Assembly: GCA_050251945.1 (NCBI GenBank)
Contig: JBFWLW010000003.1
Coordinates: 64,001 to 128,000 of the forward strand
Direction: 5' to 3'
Length of the DNA: 64,000 nt
Source of the DNA: Deferribacterales bacterium
GTDB lineage: Bacteria; Chrysiogenota; Deferribacteres; Deferribacterales; Geovibrionaceae
This document shows positions 9,265 through 17,992 of the stretch, one piece after another. Below the pieces are notes generated by a model, which ran no database searches, had not been told where the DNA came from, and saw nothing but the letters and a program-made list of their open reading frames with translations. Every line of letters starts with the position of its first letter. Position 1 is the stretch's first letter. The translations under genes and the position numbers were made by a program.

Positions 9265-9462
9265 ATGCCGGAGGAAAAAAGAATAAGCCCCATGCAGAAA
9301 AAACGCAGATACGCCAAGTATGCCATGACGGCGGCACTGGGAGTTCTCGTTGTGTCGGGGTTTCAGAAGGGTAAATCTGCAAGACAGCTCCACGTTGCCA
9401 CAGGCGCGGCGCTGGTTGGTCTGGCGATATACCATACATCCCTCTACAAAAACAGGTCATGA
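9265..9462 (+). CDS. Small 2-TM membrane protein, fez-associated
   Basis: 65 aa with two hydrophobic segments and LHVATG..L....YH; fills the operon gap with an ATGA overlap. Confidence 0.7.
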   Translation: MPEEKRISPMQKKRRYAKYAMTAALGVLVVSGFQKGKSARQLHVATGAALVGLAIYHTSLYKNRS

Positions 9463-11561
9463 CGAAGAAAAAACACTATCCTACGGGATTTGAAAGCGTG
9501 AGCATAGCTCACAAAACTGACAGCAGAATTCGTCTTAAGGCGGGGGTGCTCGGCAACCCCGCCCTTGACTGTACACTTCTGGAATCCACTCTGGAGTGTA
9601 TAAACGGCGTAACAGCAGTCCGCGTCAATCAGCGCGCCAATACCCTTGTGGTGGAACACGAAAAGGGCAGAGAAATAACCGAACCGCTCCTTTCCACACT
9701 GCAGACCTTTTCCCATGCCGTCTTTCAGGCGGAAGAGGAACTTGTGGACTCCCCCGACCTGATAAACGTCTATTGGGCGGGTTCCATGTGGCTTTCAAAG
9801 CTGGTTCTGCCGCAGTGGTTCCGTACGCCGCTGACATTTGCGGGCGCGGCTCCCGTTCTTCTGAAAGGGATAGACACCCTTGTAAACGACGGTCTGAAGG
9901 TTGAAGTTCTTGATGCGGCAGTTGTGTCCATGCTCCTTATGCGCAGGGATTACTTCACAGCCGGTTCCATCACTTTTCTGCTGAACCTCGGACATTATCT
10001 TGAGGCATCAACCCAGTACAAATCCGACAGAATGCTGAAAAGCCTCATAAAACCGGACGTCGAGTACGTCTGGATTCTGGACGGACAAACCGAAAAAAAG
10101 GTACCCATCGGCGAAGTGCTTGTTGGAAGCCACGTCATCATAGGCGCAGGGGAGATGATACCCGTAGACGGTATCGTAAAAGGCGGCGAAGGGCTTATCA
10201 ATCAGGCATCCGTAACAGGCGAAAGCCTCCCCGTTACAGCGGGATACAACAGTGAGGTGTATGCCGGAACTGTTGTTGCGGAAGGGAAACTCATAATCGA
10301 AGCGCGGAAGGTGGGCGCTGAAACCACCACCGCCAGAATCGCAAAATTCATCAGTAATTCACTTAAAAACCGTTCCAACACAGAGGTGCAGGCTTTTAAA
10401 ATTGCCGACAGGATGGTTCCTGTCACCTTCGGCATAGGGCTTGGCACTCTCCTGCTCACGCGGGATTTCCGCAGGGCATCGTCGGTGCTTTCAGTTGACT
10501 ACTCATGTGCGCTGAAACTGGTCACACCCACAGCAATAAAATCCAGCATGTACTGCGCCGCATCCGAAGGCATCTTCATAAAGGGCGCGCAGTCTCTTGA
10601 AAACATGGCGAAGATCGACACTATAATATTCGACAAGACAGGAACGCTGACTAAAGGAACCCTTGAGGTGTCGGATATCTTAAGTTTTTCGGATATGGAT
10701 GAGCGGGAAATCCTGAGAACCGCCGCCAGTGCCGAAGAACATTACAGTCACCCCATTGCGGCGGCTGTCGTTAAAGAAGCTGAAAAAAAGAACATTTCCC
10801 TTGAGGAAACAGGGGAAGTGGACTTCATCATAGCCCACGGCGTTTCGGCGTACGTCGGCAAAAAACACGTTCTGGCAGGAAGCAGACACTTCATCCATGA
10901 AGATGAACACATCGACTGCTCTCTTGCGGACGACACAGCGGATAAACTGCGTAAAACGGGCAAAAGTATCCTGTATGTGGCATGCGACGGCGTGCTTGCA
11001 GGCATCATAGCCCTTAAAGACGTACCGAGAAACGAATCAGCACAGGTCATCAAAGACCTGAAAAAGCGGGGCATAGACCGCGTTGTCATGCTGACAGGCG
11101 ACCACAGGGATACGGCGAATCACATAGCCAAAGAACTGGGCATCAAAGAAGTATATTTTGAGATGAAGCCTGAAGACAAACTGGACGTTGTGAACAAATT
11201 TAAATCGGAAGGGCGCAGGATAGCCTTTGTAGGCGACGGGGTGAACGACGCTCCGGCTCTGCTCTCCGCTCACGTCGGCATCAGCATGCCCGAAGGCGCA
11301 GACCTTGCGCGGGAAACATCCGACGTTATCCTTCTGCGCAACGACCTGCGGGGTATACTCACAGCGCGCATCACCGCGGAACGCACCATGAAGGTCATAA
11401 AAAGGGTATCCGTTGCAAACATCGGCATCAACACAGTTACGGTGCTTCTGTCCGTTATGGGACGCATCAGCCCGCTGCAATCCGCCGTTATGCACAACGG
11501 AACAACCCTTGGAACACTGCTTTATGCTCTGAGCCTTTCCCAGAGCGGGAGAACACAATGA
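9459..11561 (+). CDS. fezB: P1B-6-type ATPase, ferrosome transporter FezB-like
   Basis: VDYSCALKL in place of CPC, C-terminal HNGTT (HNxxT), TGES, DKTGT and GDGVND; N-terminal R-rich HKTDSRIRLK. Confidence 0.85.
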   Translation: MTKKKHYPTGFESVSIAHKTDSRIRLKAGVLGNPALDCTLLESTLECINGVTAVRVNQRANTLVVEHEKGREITEPLLSTLQTFSHAVFQAEEELVDSPDLINVYWAGSMWLSKLVLPQWFRTPLTFAGAAPVLLKGIDTLVNDGLKVEVLDAAVVSMLLMRRDYFTAGSITFLLNLGHYLEASTQYKSDRMLKSLIKPDVEYVWILDGQTEKKVPIGEVLVGSHVIIGAGEMIPVDGIVKGGEGLINQASVTGESLPVTAGYNSEVYAGTVVAEGKLIIEARKVGAETTTARIAKFISNSLKNRSNTEVQAFKIADRMVPVTFGIGLGTLLLTRDFRRASSVLSVDYSCALKLVTPTAIKSSMYCAASEGIFIKGAQSLENMAKIDTIIFDKTGTLTKGTLEVSDILSFSDMDEREILRTAASAEEHYSHPIAAAVVKEAEKKNISLEETGEVDFIIAHGVSAYVGKKHVLAGSRHFIHEDEHIDCSLADDTADKLRKTGKSILYVACDGVLAGIIALKDVPRNESAQVIKDLKKRGIDRVVMLTGDHRDTANHIAKELGIKEVYFEMKPEDKLDVVNKFKSEGRRIAFVGDGVNDAPALLSAHVGISMPEGADLARETSDVILLRNDLRGILTARITAERTMKVIKRVSVANIGINTVTVLLSVMGRISPLQSAVMHNGTTLGTLLYALSLSQSGRTQ

Positions 11562-12244
11562 AACTGTCCGATGCAAAAAGCGGAGGCTTTTATAAAGTTA
11601 TGTCCGTGAAAGACGCCGAACTCGCCCGCAGGCTGGGTGCATACGGCATATTTGCGGGAACCATCGTTTCAAAGGTTGGCAGAGGCGACATAGAACTGGC
11701 AACGCTGAAAATATCCGTGAACGAAGTTACGAAGGCACTCAGCGGATCGCTGGCGAGGCATCTCTTCTATAAATCGCCATCTGGCGAAAAACGCAGCATC
11801 TATGAACATGAAACAGGTCTGGATTTCACCGTGGTTGTCCCGAAAACCGCGGCTAGTGATATGACAAAACTCGGTATAAAAGGCGGGGACACTATACAGG
11901 TTATAAAGAAGCTTCCGCATATGGAATACATCACCCTCGTCGGACACAAAACAAGATGCCGTCTTTCGGAAGCACACGCAGCATGTATTCTGGGCGACGG
12001 AAAACAGTTCTCTTTCGCATCAAAAAACAAGGATTTCATAGTCGACGAACTTTTGAGTCAGGAGACCTATGGTCAGGTCATGTCCGTTAACGGCATACAG
12101 AAAGGCACGCAGCTGACCCTTGAGGGTATCGAAACGGGGAAATCCGTCCATCTGGACGACTATCCCGACATGGTCATATGCACGGCGCAGGGGCTTAGGG
12201 TGTTCATATCCGAAAGCACTGCTGAAAAAATAAACGCCGAATAA
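11558..12244 (+). CDS. Multi-FeoA (SH3-like) domain protein
   Basis: KLSDAKSG...RRLGAYGIFAGTIV, KLGIKGGDTIQV and NGIQKGTQL...ISESTAEKI FeoA-like segments. Confidence 0.65.
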   Translation: MKLSDAKSGGFYKVMSVKDAELARRLGAYGIFAGTIVSKVGRGDIELATLKISVNEVTKALSGSLARHLFYKSPSGEKRSIYEHETGLDFTVVVPKTAASDMTKLGIKGGDTIQVIKKLPHMEYITLVGHKTRCRLSEAHAACILGDGKQFSFASKNKDFIVDELLSQETYGQVMSVNGIQKGTQLTLEGIETGKSVHLDDYPDMVICTAQGLRVFISESTAEKINAE

Positions 12245-12268
12245 ATTTTTCCCTTGAAATCAATGCGG

Positions 12269-12287
12269 GATAATGATATTCATTATC
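12269..12287. promoter_or_regulatory. Fur box
   Basis: GATAATGATATTCATTATC, 18/19 to the classical GATAATGATAATCATTATC; TTGAAA -35-like hexamer at 12254. Confidence 0.85.
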
Positions 12288-12345
12288 AACATTGCCCGTT
12301 TGGCATTTTAACGGGGTGCCCGAGCGGGCTTTCGGCACTATTTTC
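12288..12345 (+). ncRNA. Candidate Fur-repressed small RNA
   Basis: Directly follows the Fur box. Hairpin CCCGTT/AACGGG, then GGTGCC(C)GA/TCGGCACT followed by ATTTT. The next CDS starts ~190 nt further on. Confidence 0.4.
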
Positions 12346-12534
12346 CACGATTGTCAACCCAACGCTAACTGGACGAAATCTCCGATTTCAGACCATCGCA
12401 GAATGCCTTAAGCCCGTACCCCGACCACAATGTAATTATATGATTTTCTAAATATATCTCAAACGTTTTCTTTGAACTTGCGGTCACATCACTTCACACC
12501 GATATTAGTTAAACCAGCCGTACGGAGGTTAACT

Positions 12535-12969
12535 ATGAAAGATACTATCAAAGCCGGAACAACTGCAGAAATTGAATTAACCGTGAATGAAAATAAGACG
12601 GTTCCGAATCTCTATCCGGAATCAAATCTTTTCTCAACCATGCCAAGGGTTTTTGCGACCGGCTATATGGTGGGCTTTCTGGAATGGGCATGTATGGAAG
12701 CGCTGGCGCCCCATCTGGACGTGGGTGAACAGAGCGTCGGCACCAATGTGAACGTGACCCACTGCGCCGCGACTCCCGTGGGCATGAAGGTTCGCGCAAA
12801 AGCCGTATGCACCGGAGTGGACGGACAGAAGACGTCGTGGGAAGTGGAAGCATGGGACGAAAAGGAACTGATCGGAAAAGGAACCCACGAGCGCTTCACC
12901 ATAAATACAGACAGATTCAACATCAAGATGGCAAAAAAGTCCAACCCGCTGCTCAGGCTTAACTGCTGA
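12535..12969 (+). CDS. Hotdog-fold thioesterase (FlK/fluoroacetyl-CoA thioesterase-like)
   Basis: VFATGYMVGFLEWAC...SVGTNVNVTHCAATPVG...IGKGTHER; GGAGG RBS places the start at 12535. Confidence 0.88.
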   Translation: MKDTIKAGTTAEIELTVNENKTVPNLYPESNLFSTMPRVFATGYMVGFLEWACMEALAPHLDVGEQSVGTNVNVTHCAATPVGMKVRAKAVCTGVDGQKTSWEVEAWDEKELIGKGTHERFTINTDRFNIKMAKKSNPLLRLNC

Positions 12970-13051
12970 GATTCGCTGTTGACTATGGCGGCTTTTTTCA
13001 TTATCTTAATCACAGATAACGCATGTCTCTAATATCTTAAAGGGTGAAAAC

Positions 13052-13423
13052 ATGATAAACGACACATTTAAAGAGGTTTTAAAGAACGAAGGAGTGGTTT
13101 CCATAGTAACATGGGGAAAGGGCGAAGCAAACGTTGTAAACACATGGAACTCATACGTTGTACTTACGGGCGACAACAGACTTCTTATACCGGCGGCGGG
13201 AATGACAAGCACAGAGGGAGACCTTGCCGTTAACGGCAGAGTAAAACTCACACTGGGCAGCAAAAACGTTCAGGGGCTTTTCGGCATGGGTACGGGATTC
13301 AGAGTGGAAGGAACAGCGAAGCTGGTTTCGGAAGGTGCCGAATACGAAATGATGCAGGCGAAATATCCGTTTCAAAGGAAGATGCTGGAAATAACACCTG
13401 AACTGGTTAAACAGACGGTATAG
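13052..13423 (+). CDS. FMN-binding split-barrel protein (Desulfovibrio FMN-bp/PNPOx-like)
   Basis: EVLKNEGVVSIVTW...NTWNSY...LIPAAGM...LTLGSK.V.G..GTGF. Confidence 0.85.
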   Translation: MINDTFKEVLKNEGVVSIVTWGKGEANVVNTWNSYVVLTGDNRLLIPAAGMTSTEGDLAVNGRVKLTLGSKNVQGLFGMGTGFRVEGTAKLVSEGAEYEMMQAKYPFQRKMLEITPELVKQTV

Positions 13424-13453
13424 AAAAAGGTACCTTGCGGCAGTGAGAATTCT

Positions 13454-13593
13454 CGAACTGATGACAACGTCAGGAAAATGCGAGATCGCGTCGTCGCGTG
13501 CGCTCCTCGCGAAGATAAAAACCTTCTCTGCGAGGGTTTGAACCCGAAGCAGTCTTAATGCGAGCTGTGTAAATTTAGTTTGTCAACAACCTG
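13454..13593. mobile_element. MITE-like element (~140 bp) containing a REP doublet
   Basis: Near-identical inverted copy of 27845-27985; ends ACTGATGACAA ... TTTGTCAACAACCTG; abuts a terminator hairpin. Confidence 0.75.
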
Positions 13594-13620
13594 AGACCTC
13601 CCGTCAGCGGGAGGTCTTTC
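13594..13620. terminator. Terminator hairpin between convergent genes
   Basis: AGACCTCCCG/CGGGAGGTCT stem followed by TT; overlaps the Rrf2 stop codon. Confidence 0.6.
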
Positions 13621-14101
13621 TATGCTTAAACCATTCCTCGGTATCTTTTATCTGCTGCGGATCAAGCTTTTTATGCCGTTCATCATTCAGCCATCCTATT
13701 GTTTTTGAGCGCAGATGATCGCGCATCTTCTCTTCCGCCTCAAGCATTACCGTTTTTATGATACATGGTTTTTTGCAGTAAGCATCCGGAAGATTGTTTT
13801 TGTCTACAATGGCGCTGTGCTGGCGTATCTCACAGCACTGAAACAGCGGTGTTTCGCCCTCTATCGCCTGCACAACGTCCCAGAATGTTATTTCTTCCGG
13901 AGCGCGGGTAAGCTCATAGCCGCCGTTTACCCCCGGAATTGACCGCACAATCCCTGATTTACGCAATTTTGTAAGCATTTTTGAAAGATAGGTCTCTGAA
14001 ACACCCTGATATGCGGCAAGTTCCCTCACCCCGACAGGTCTGTCGCGCCCTATGAAGCAGAGACAGTGTAAAGCGTATTCAACTCCCACGGAAAACTGCA
14101 T
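13604..14101 (-). CDS. Rrf2 family transcriptional regulator
   Basis: VEYALHCL...SETYLSKMLTKLRKSGIVRSIPGVNGGYEL...ITFWDVVQAIEG; several C-terminal Cys. Confidence 0.93.
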   Translation of the reverse strand: MQFSVGVEYALHCLCFIGRDRPVGVRELAAYQGVSETYLSKMLTKLRKSGIVRSIPGVNGGYELTRAPEEITFWDVVQAIEGETPLFQCCEIRQHSAIVDKNNLPDAYCKKPCIIKTVMLEAEEKMRDHLRSKTIGWLNDERHKKLDPQQIKDTEEWFKHRKTSR

Positions 14102-14110
14102 AACACTACC

Positions 14111-14542
14111 TCAGTCGGCCTTCTGCCATACCTGAGTACGGTAAAAAGGTCCGAGATATCCCCTCAGCTCCAGTTTTTTCCCGCTCTCAATCACTTTTAT
14201 GCGCGCCTTGTACACTTTCCCGTTTTTGGGATCCAGTATATTTCCACCTTCCCAGACATCGCTTTCGCTGCCGTTTTGTTTAAGTCCGCGTATGATATTT
14301 AGTCCGGCAATGGGTTTGCCTTTTCTGTCATCGCTGCAAGCCCCGCAGAGGGCGTCTTTCTTAACATTGGGGTCGAGCAATTTTTCTATGCTGCCGCTGA
14401 GAATCCCGCTGTTTTCAGTTATTCTTACAAGGGACTTCTCTTTGCCTGTTTTATCGTCGATCGTCTTCCAGAGACCGACAGGTGTCGCTGCAAATGACAG
14501 AGCGGGAAGCAGCATCAGAGCAAAAACTTTTTTTCTTATCAT
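14111..14542 (-). CDS. DUF2147 family secreted protein
   Basis: Signal peptide; PVGLWKTIDD...WEGGNILDPKNGKVY...LELRGY.G...RTQVW. Confidence 0.88.
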   Translation of the reverse strand: MIRKKVFALMLLPALSFAATPVGLWKTIDDKTGKEKSLVRITENSGILSGSIEKLLDPNVKKDALCGACSDDRKGKPIAGLNIIRGLKQNGSESDVWEGGNILDPKNGKVYKARIKVIESGKKLELRGYLGPFYRTQVWQKAD

Positions 14543-14583
14543 AAACTACCTTCATTGATCGCTCCGCCATATTAACCCCGCTC

Positions 14584-16932
14584 TCAGGTTTCGTCAATCT
14601 GGCTTTTGCTGAGGAACTTCTCCGCATATCGCATGTATACTTTTTCTCTGATGAAGATTTCGTACACATCTTTATCAATATGCCCGTCTTTTTTCATAGA
14701 TTCCATTATCTTCAGCGACTCTGAAAGTGTTTTCGCTTTTTTGTACGGTCTGTCGGAAGCTGTCAGAGCTTCAAAAATATCAGCAACTGCAATTATTTTC
14801 GCAGGAATCGGAATCTCATCCGATTTAAGCCCTCTCGGATACCCGTTTCCTGTCATCGTTTCGTGGTGTCCGCCCGCATATTCCGGCACACGATCAAGCT
14901 CGCTCGGCAGTTTTATTCCGGTAAGCATCTTTATGGTCATTATAATATGTTCGTTTATCTTATAGCGTTCCTCTTCCGTGAGAGTCCCCCGCCTTACGGA
15001 CAGGTTATAAAGCTCTCCTATGTTGTATGCATATTCCGGTACTGTCACATTGAACCCGAAACTCTCGTATTCATCTTTGTCAATGGCGCTTTCTCTGGGT
15101 ATCAGATGGTCTTTTCTATCACTCAGCAATTTCTCTTCTGCCGGAACGGGAACCTGTTCAATATCTTTCAGTCTCAGCTCTTCTGCAATGCTGAGTCCTT
15201 TTCTGTCGCAAAAATATCTCGTCCATGTTCTCTGAGCAATTGCGTTAAGCCTGAGGATATCTTCATCACTCATAAACTCCCCGCCTATATTGCATTTTGC
15301 TATAAAATCAAAATCATCGTAAAGCTGTTTCCGACGCTCAGTAAGTTCAGTTTCAAGTTCCTGCCTCTTTTCAGGATACTCTGTCAGCTTTTCGTAATAT
15401 TCTATTATGTCATCTCTGTATAACACCTCAAAACGGGTGCGTATCTCGTGTATTCTGTTATAAATTGTTTCCAGCTTCGTAGCTTTATCAACGACATATT
15501 CCGGAGTTGTCACCTTTCCGCAATCGTGCAGCCACGAGGCTATCTTAAATTCGCGCCAGTCCGATTCCGTACGCAGATTGAGCTGCCCGGCAAGACCGCC
15601 GCCTTTTTCATCAATGGTTTCAGCGAGCATAACGGCAAGTTGCGGCACTCTCTCACAGTGTTCGCCGGTATATCTGGATTTGGCATCAATAGCTCCTGCC
15701 ATTATCTTTATGAACGAGTCGATAAGATCCCTTTCCGCCTTTTCATGTCTTTTTATAGAAACCGACATATTGACCATAGAATCTGAAAGACTGTAAAATT
15801 CGCTGACAACGGTCGCAATATGCTTAACACTATCATATTTGTTCTCCGCAACAGCATCTGTCATAAGCTTTAACCTGTTTATCGGGTTAATGAACAGCTT
15901 TTTAAGTATATAAAGAACGGGGAAATATGTTATCCCGATGATAAGAAGTGAAATCAGCAGAGTCGTTAACATCGTTGCCTTTATCTCGTCAAGGATGACG
16001 CTCCTTTTAACAAAAGATGCGATATACCAATCCTTCCCGATATACGACGGAAGTTTTTCCACGAAATATTCATAGGTCTGACCGCCGCCTTTTTCGCTTC
16101 CGGCGAGTCTGCCGACGGCAACTGAGTCAAACGCAGCGGAATATACCGGATTTTTCAGGCTCTTCAGCTTGATTATCTCTTTTCTGTCGTTCATTCCGGC
16201 AATATCAAAAGAGGCTGCTATGACATCAGTATCTTTTGAGAAAAGAATGATATCTCCATTGATACTGCCTGCCTTCTCTTTAAGCAGCGACGAAAGGGAA
16301 CCCAGAGAAAAATCTGCCGCCGCGACCCTTGTCTTTTTTCCGTCTTCACTGTATGAGGCGACAGAGAGCGTTATCCCCAGTTTACTTGTGGAAGCGAACA
16401 CATACGGGTCTGACCAGCTTATTGTTTTTCCGGCATCTTCGTACCACTGCCTCGTTCTGGGGTCATATTCTGCAGCAACCGCCTCTTCCGAGACAGTTGC
16501 ATATCCGGAGTCCTTATAATAATAGACATCCTGAGGTTTTTCTTCGGTGCGGTCAATTATGCGCACGGCGAGCTTCGGCGAGCGTCTTGCCTGCAAAAAA
16601 GTACCTTCATCATCAGTAATAAAGATACTTGATATATGGCTGCCGTCCATCATCTGTTCCCATAGAATTTTAAGCAGAATATCCCTGTTCTCTGTAAAAG
16701 GTTTTTCCGAGCCGACTGTCAGCAATATTGAAAGGTCGGTGGAAACTGACTGCAAACTTTCCGCCATTGCCAGAGTAATGTTTCTGTTTGACTCGTTGAT
16801 CTTGTCTTCGGTTATCTCGTACGCCTGCTTCATCCCTCTGAGAAAAAAGTTGCCCATAAGAAACAGCGAAAGAATAAGGGTAAGCCCGGCGAAAAGAGAG
16901 AGGATACTGAATGTGAAGGTATATTTTTTCAT
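14584..16932 (-). CDS. Membrane HD-GYP phosphodiesterase with Cache sensor and HAMP-like linker
   Basis: Two TMs around YDPRTRQWY (dCache); HCERV, LHDCGK, HHETMTGNGYPRGL and ADIFEALTASDRPYK motifs. Confidence 0.92.
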   Translation of the reverse strand: MKKYTFTFSILSLFAGLTLILSLFLMGNFFLRGMKQAYEITEDKINESNRNITLAMAESLQSVSTDLSILLTVGSEKPFTENRDILLKILWEQMMDGSHISSIFITDDEGTFLQARRSPKLAVRIIDRTEEKPQDVYYYKDSGYATVSEEAVAAEYDPRTRQWYEDAGKTISWSDPYVFASTSKLGITLSVASYSEDGKKTRVAAADFSLGSLSSLLKEKAGSINGDIILFSKDTDVIAASFDIAGMNDRKEIIKLKSLKNPVYSAAFDSVAVGRLAGSEKGGGQTYEYFVEKLPSYIGKDWYIASFVKRSVILDEIKATMLTTLLISLLIIGITYFPVLYILKKLFINPINRLKLMTDAVAENKYDSVKHIATVVSEFYSLSDSMVNMSVSIKRHEKAERDLIDSFIKIMAGAIDAKSRYTGEHCERVPQLAVMLAETIDEKGGGLAGQLNLRTESDWREFKIASWLHDCGKVTTPEYVVDKATKLETIYNRIHEIRTRFEVLYRDDIIEYYEKLTEYPEKRQELETELTERRKQLYDDFDFIAKCNIGGEFMSDEDILRLNAIAQRTWTRYFCDRKGLSIAEELRLKDIEQVPVPAEEKLLSDRKDHLIPRESAIDKDEYESFGFNVTVPEYAYNIGELYNLSVRRGTLTEEERYKINEHIIMTIKMLTGIKLPSELDRVPEYAGGHHETMTGNGYPRGLKSDEIPIPAKIIAVADIFEALTASDRPYKKAKTLSESLKIMESMKKDGHIDKDVYEIFIREKVYMRYAEKFLSKSQIDET

Positions 16933-16994
16933 ACTTCTAAACCTTCACATATTTTAGCATAATATTTTCAGAAACATAATAAATAAACATAATT

Positions 16995-17140
16995 AACGGA
17001 AAAGGGAGTTCGCCATGCAAATGTACCCCATACACTGCATGGAAAACTCCCGTATCCAACGATAACCAAGAGGTCCCTGATCTTTGGTATTTATGTCGGC
17101 TGTCTGCAAGCGTTATATCGTTGCATATATAACGCTTTCT
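16995..17140 (-). ncRNA. Candidate structured 5' leader/attenuator or sRNA upstream of the HD-GYP gene
   Basis: Three consecutive hairpins (17108-17137, 17056-17099, 17004-17051), the last followed by U4 on the minus strand; TTGACC at 17175-17170. Confidence 0.4.
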
Positions 17141-17278
17141 AATAATCTTCTAATTTACAATAAGTAAAGGGTCAAGAAGTATTTTTGGTCAAAAAACGAA
17201 AAAACAGCGGTTACGTTTAAAACATGCTGGAAATAAAATAAAAAAATTTATTATGCAATCACGGGCAAATAACATGAG

Positions 17279-17310
17279 CGGACAGAGGCAACAGAACCTC
17301 TGTCCGTTTT
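17279..17310. terminator. Terminator-like hairpin
   Basis: CGGACAGAGG/CCTCTGTCCG 10-bp stem; the T4 tract is on the + side. Confidence 0.55.
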
Positions 17311-17317
17311 ATTACAA

Positions 17318-17719
17318 TTAATGCGTATGAACTCCTGCAATTATCTCCGTGAGTGCGTCGGCTGTTATAACCCCGTAATTCTGTGCGCCGACCTTTCCGT
17401 CGGCATCGACAATAACATATCCCGCTGATGCAGCCATATTATAAGCTTCAGCGGATTTGATATTTTCGTTGAGGTCAAAGGTCTTAAGCACAACCTTTGT
17501 AGGAGCTTTAACGTTAAATATACCTGCCGCTTCCTCTGCGGATTTCGCCTGAGATCCGTCTGTCACAAACTGCACGACCGGTATCATACCAGACTTTTTC
17601 TGTTCGGATATGAAGCGGTTCACGGGCATTCTGGATTCAACAACGTAAGGCCATGTGCTGACAAGAACCATGGCGACGATAAACACAATAAACACCGGAA
17701 TCATCTTTTTGTTCATCAT
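17318..17719 (-). CDS. Hypothetical protein with N-terminal membrane anchor
   Basis: GGAGAG RBS before MMNKKMIPVFIVFIVAMVLV; the soluble part may be a Cys-less thioredoxin-like fold (weak). Confidence 0.7.
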   Translation of the reverse strand: MMNKKMIPVFIVFIVAMVLVSTWPYVVESRMPVNRFISEQKKSGMIPVVQFVTDGSQAKSAEEAAGIFNVKAPTKVVLKTFDLNENIKSAEAYNMAASAGYVIVDADGKVGAQNYGVITADALTEIIAGVHTH

Positions 17720-17992
17720 AACTCTCCGAATAAATTGATTGGCAGGCGGAATACAAAAGTATCCGCAACCCTGCGGTCTGTAAAAAACGACCTCTTTATG
17801 CCATGAAAAGTTCATAATAACATGAAAATGCTGTAAAGCGCCACATTATCGGTTGAAGCCTCAATCAAACAATGCTAGCATTTGTCTCTACTGTGCATAT
17901 ATTGGAGGCATAAAATCCGAAAAACACGGATTTTATGAAATACGCATAGGCAGGCACGGGATTTCGTGTCTTCCGCAATAATCTGGTGAAAA

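Noticed and set aside
12254..12451. 65-aa ORF after the fez cluster
   Set aside because: TTG start without an RBS; it overlaps the Fur box and hairpins; no recognisable protein features.
17004..17065. Fluoride riboswitch-like GGAGTTCGCC, and a 16-aa sORF MQMYPIHCMENSRIQR on the + strand
   Set aside because: The 5' GGCGAT and 3' GATGAC elements are missing and there is no fluoride-related gene. The sequence is explained as one arm of the minus-strand hairpin, and the sORF has no independent support.
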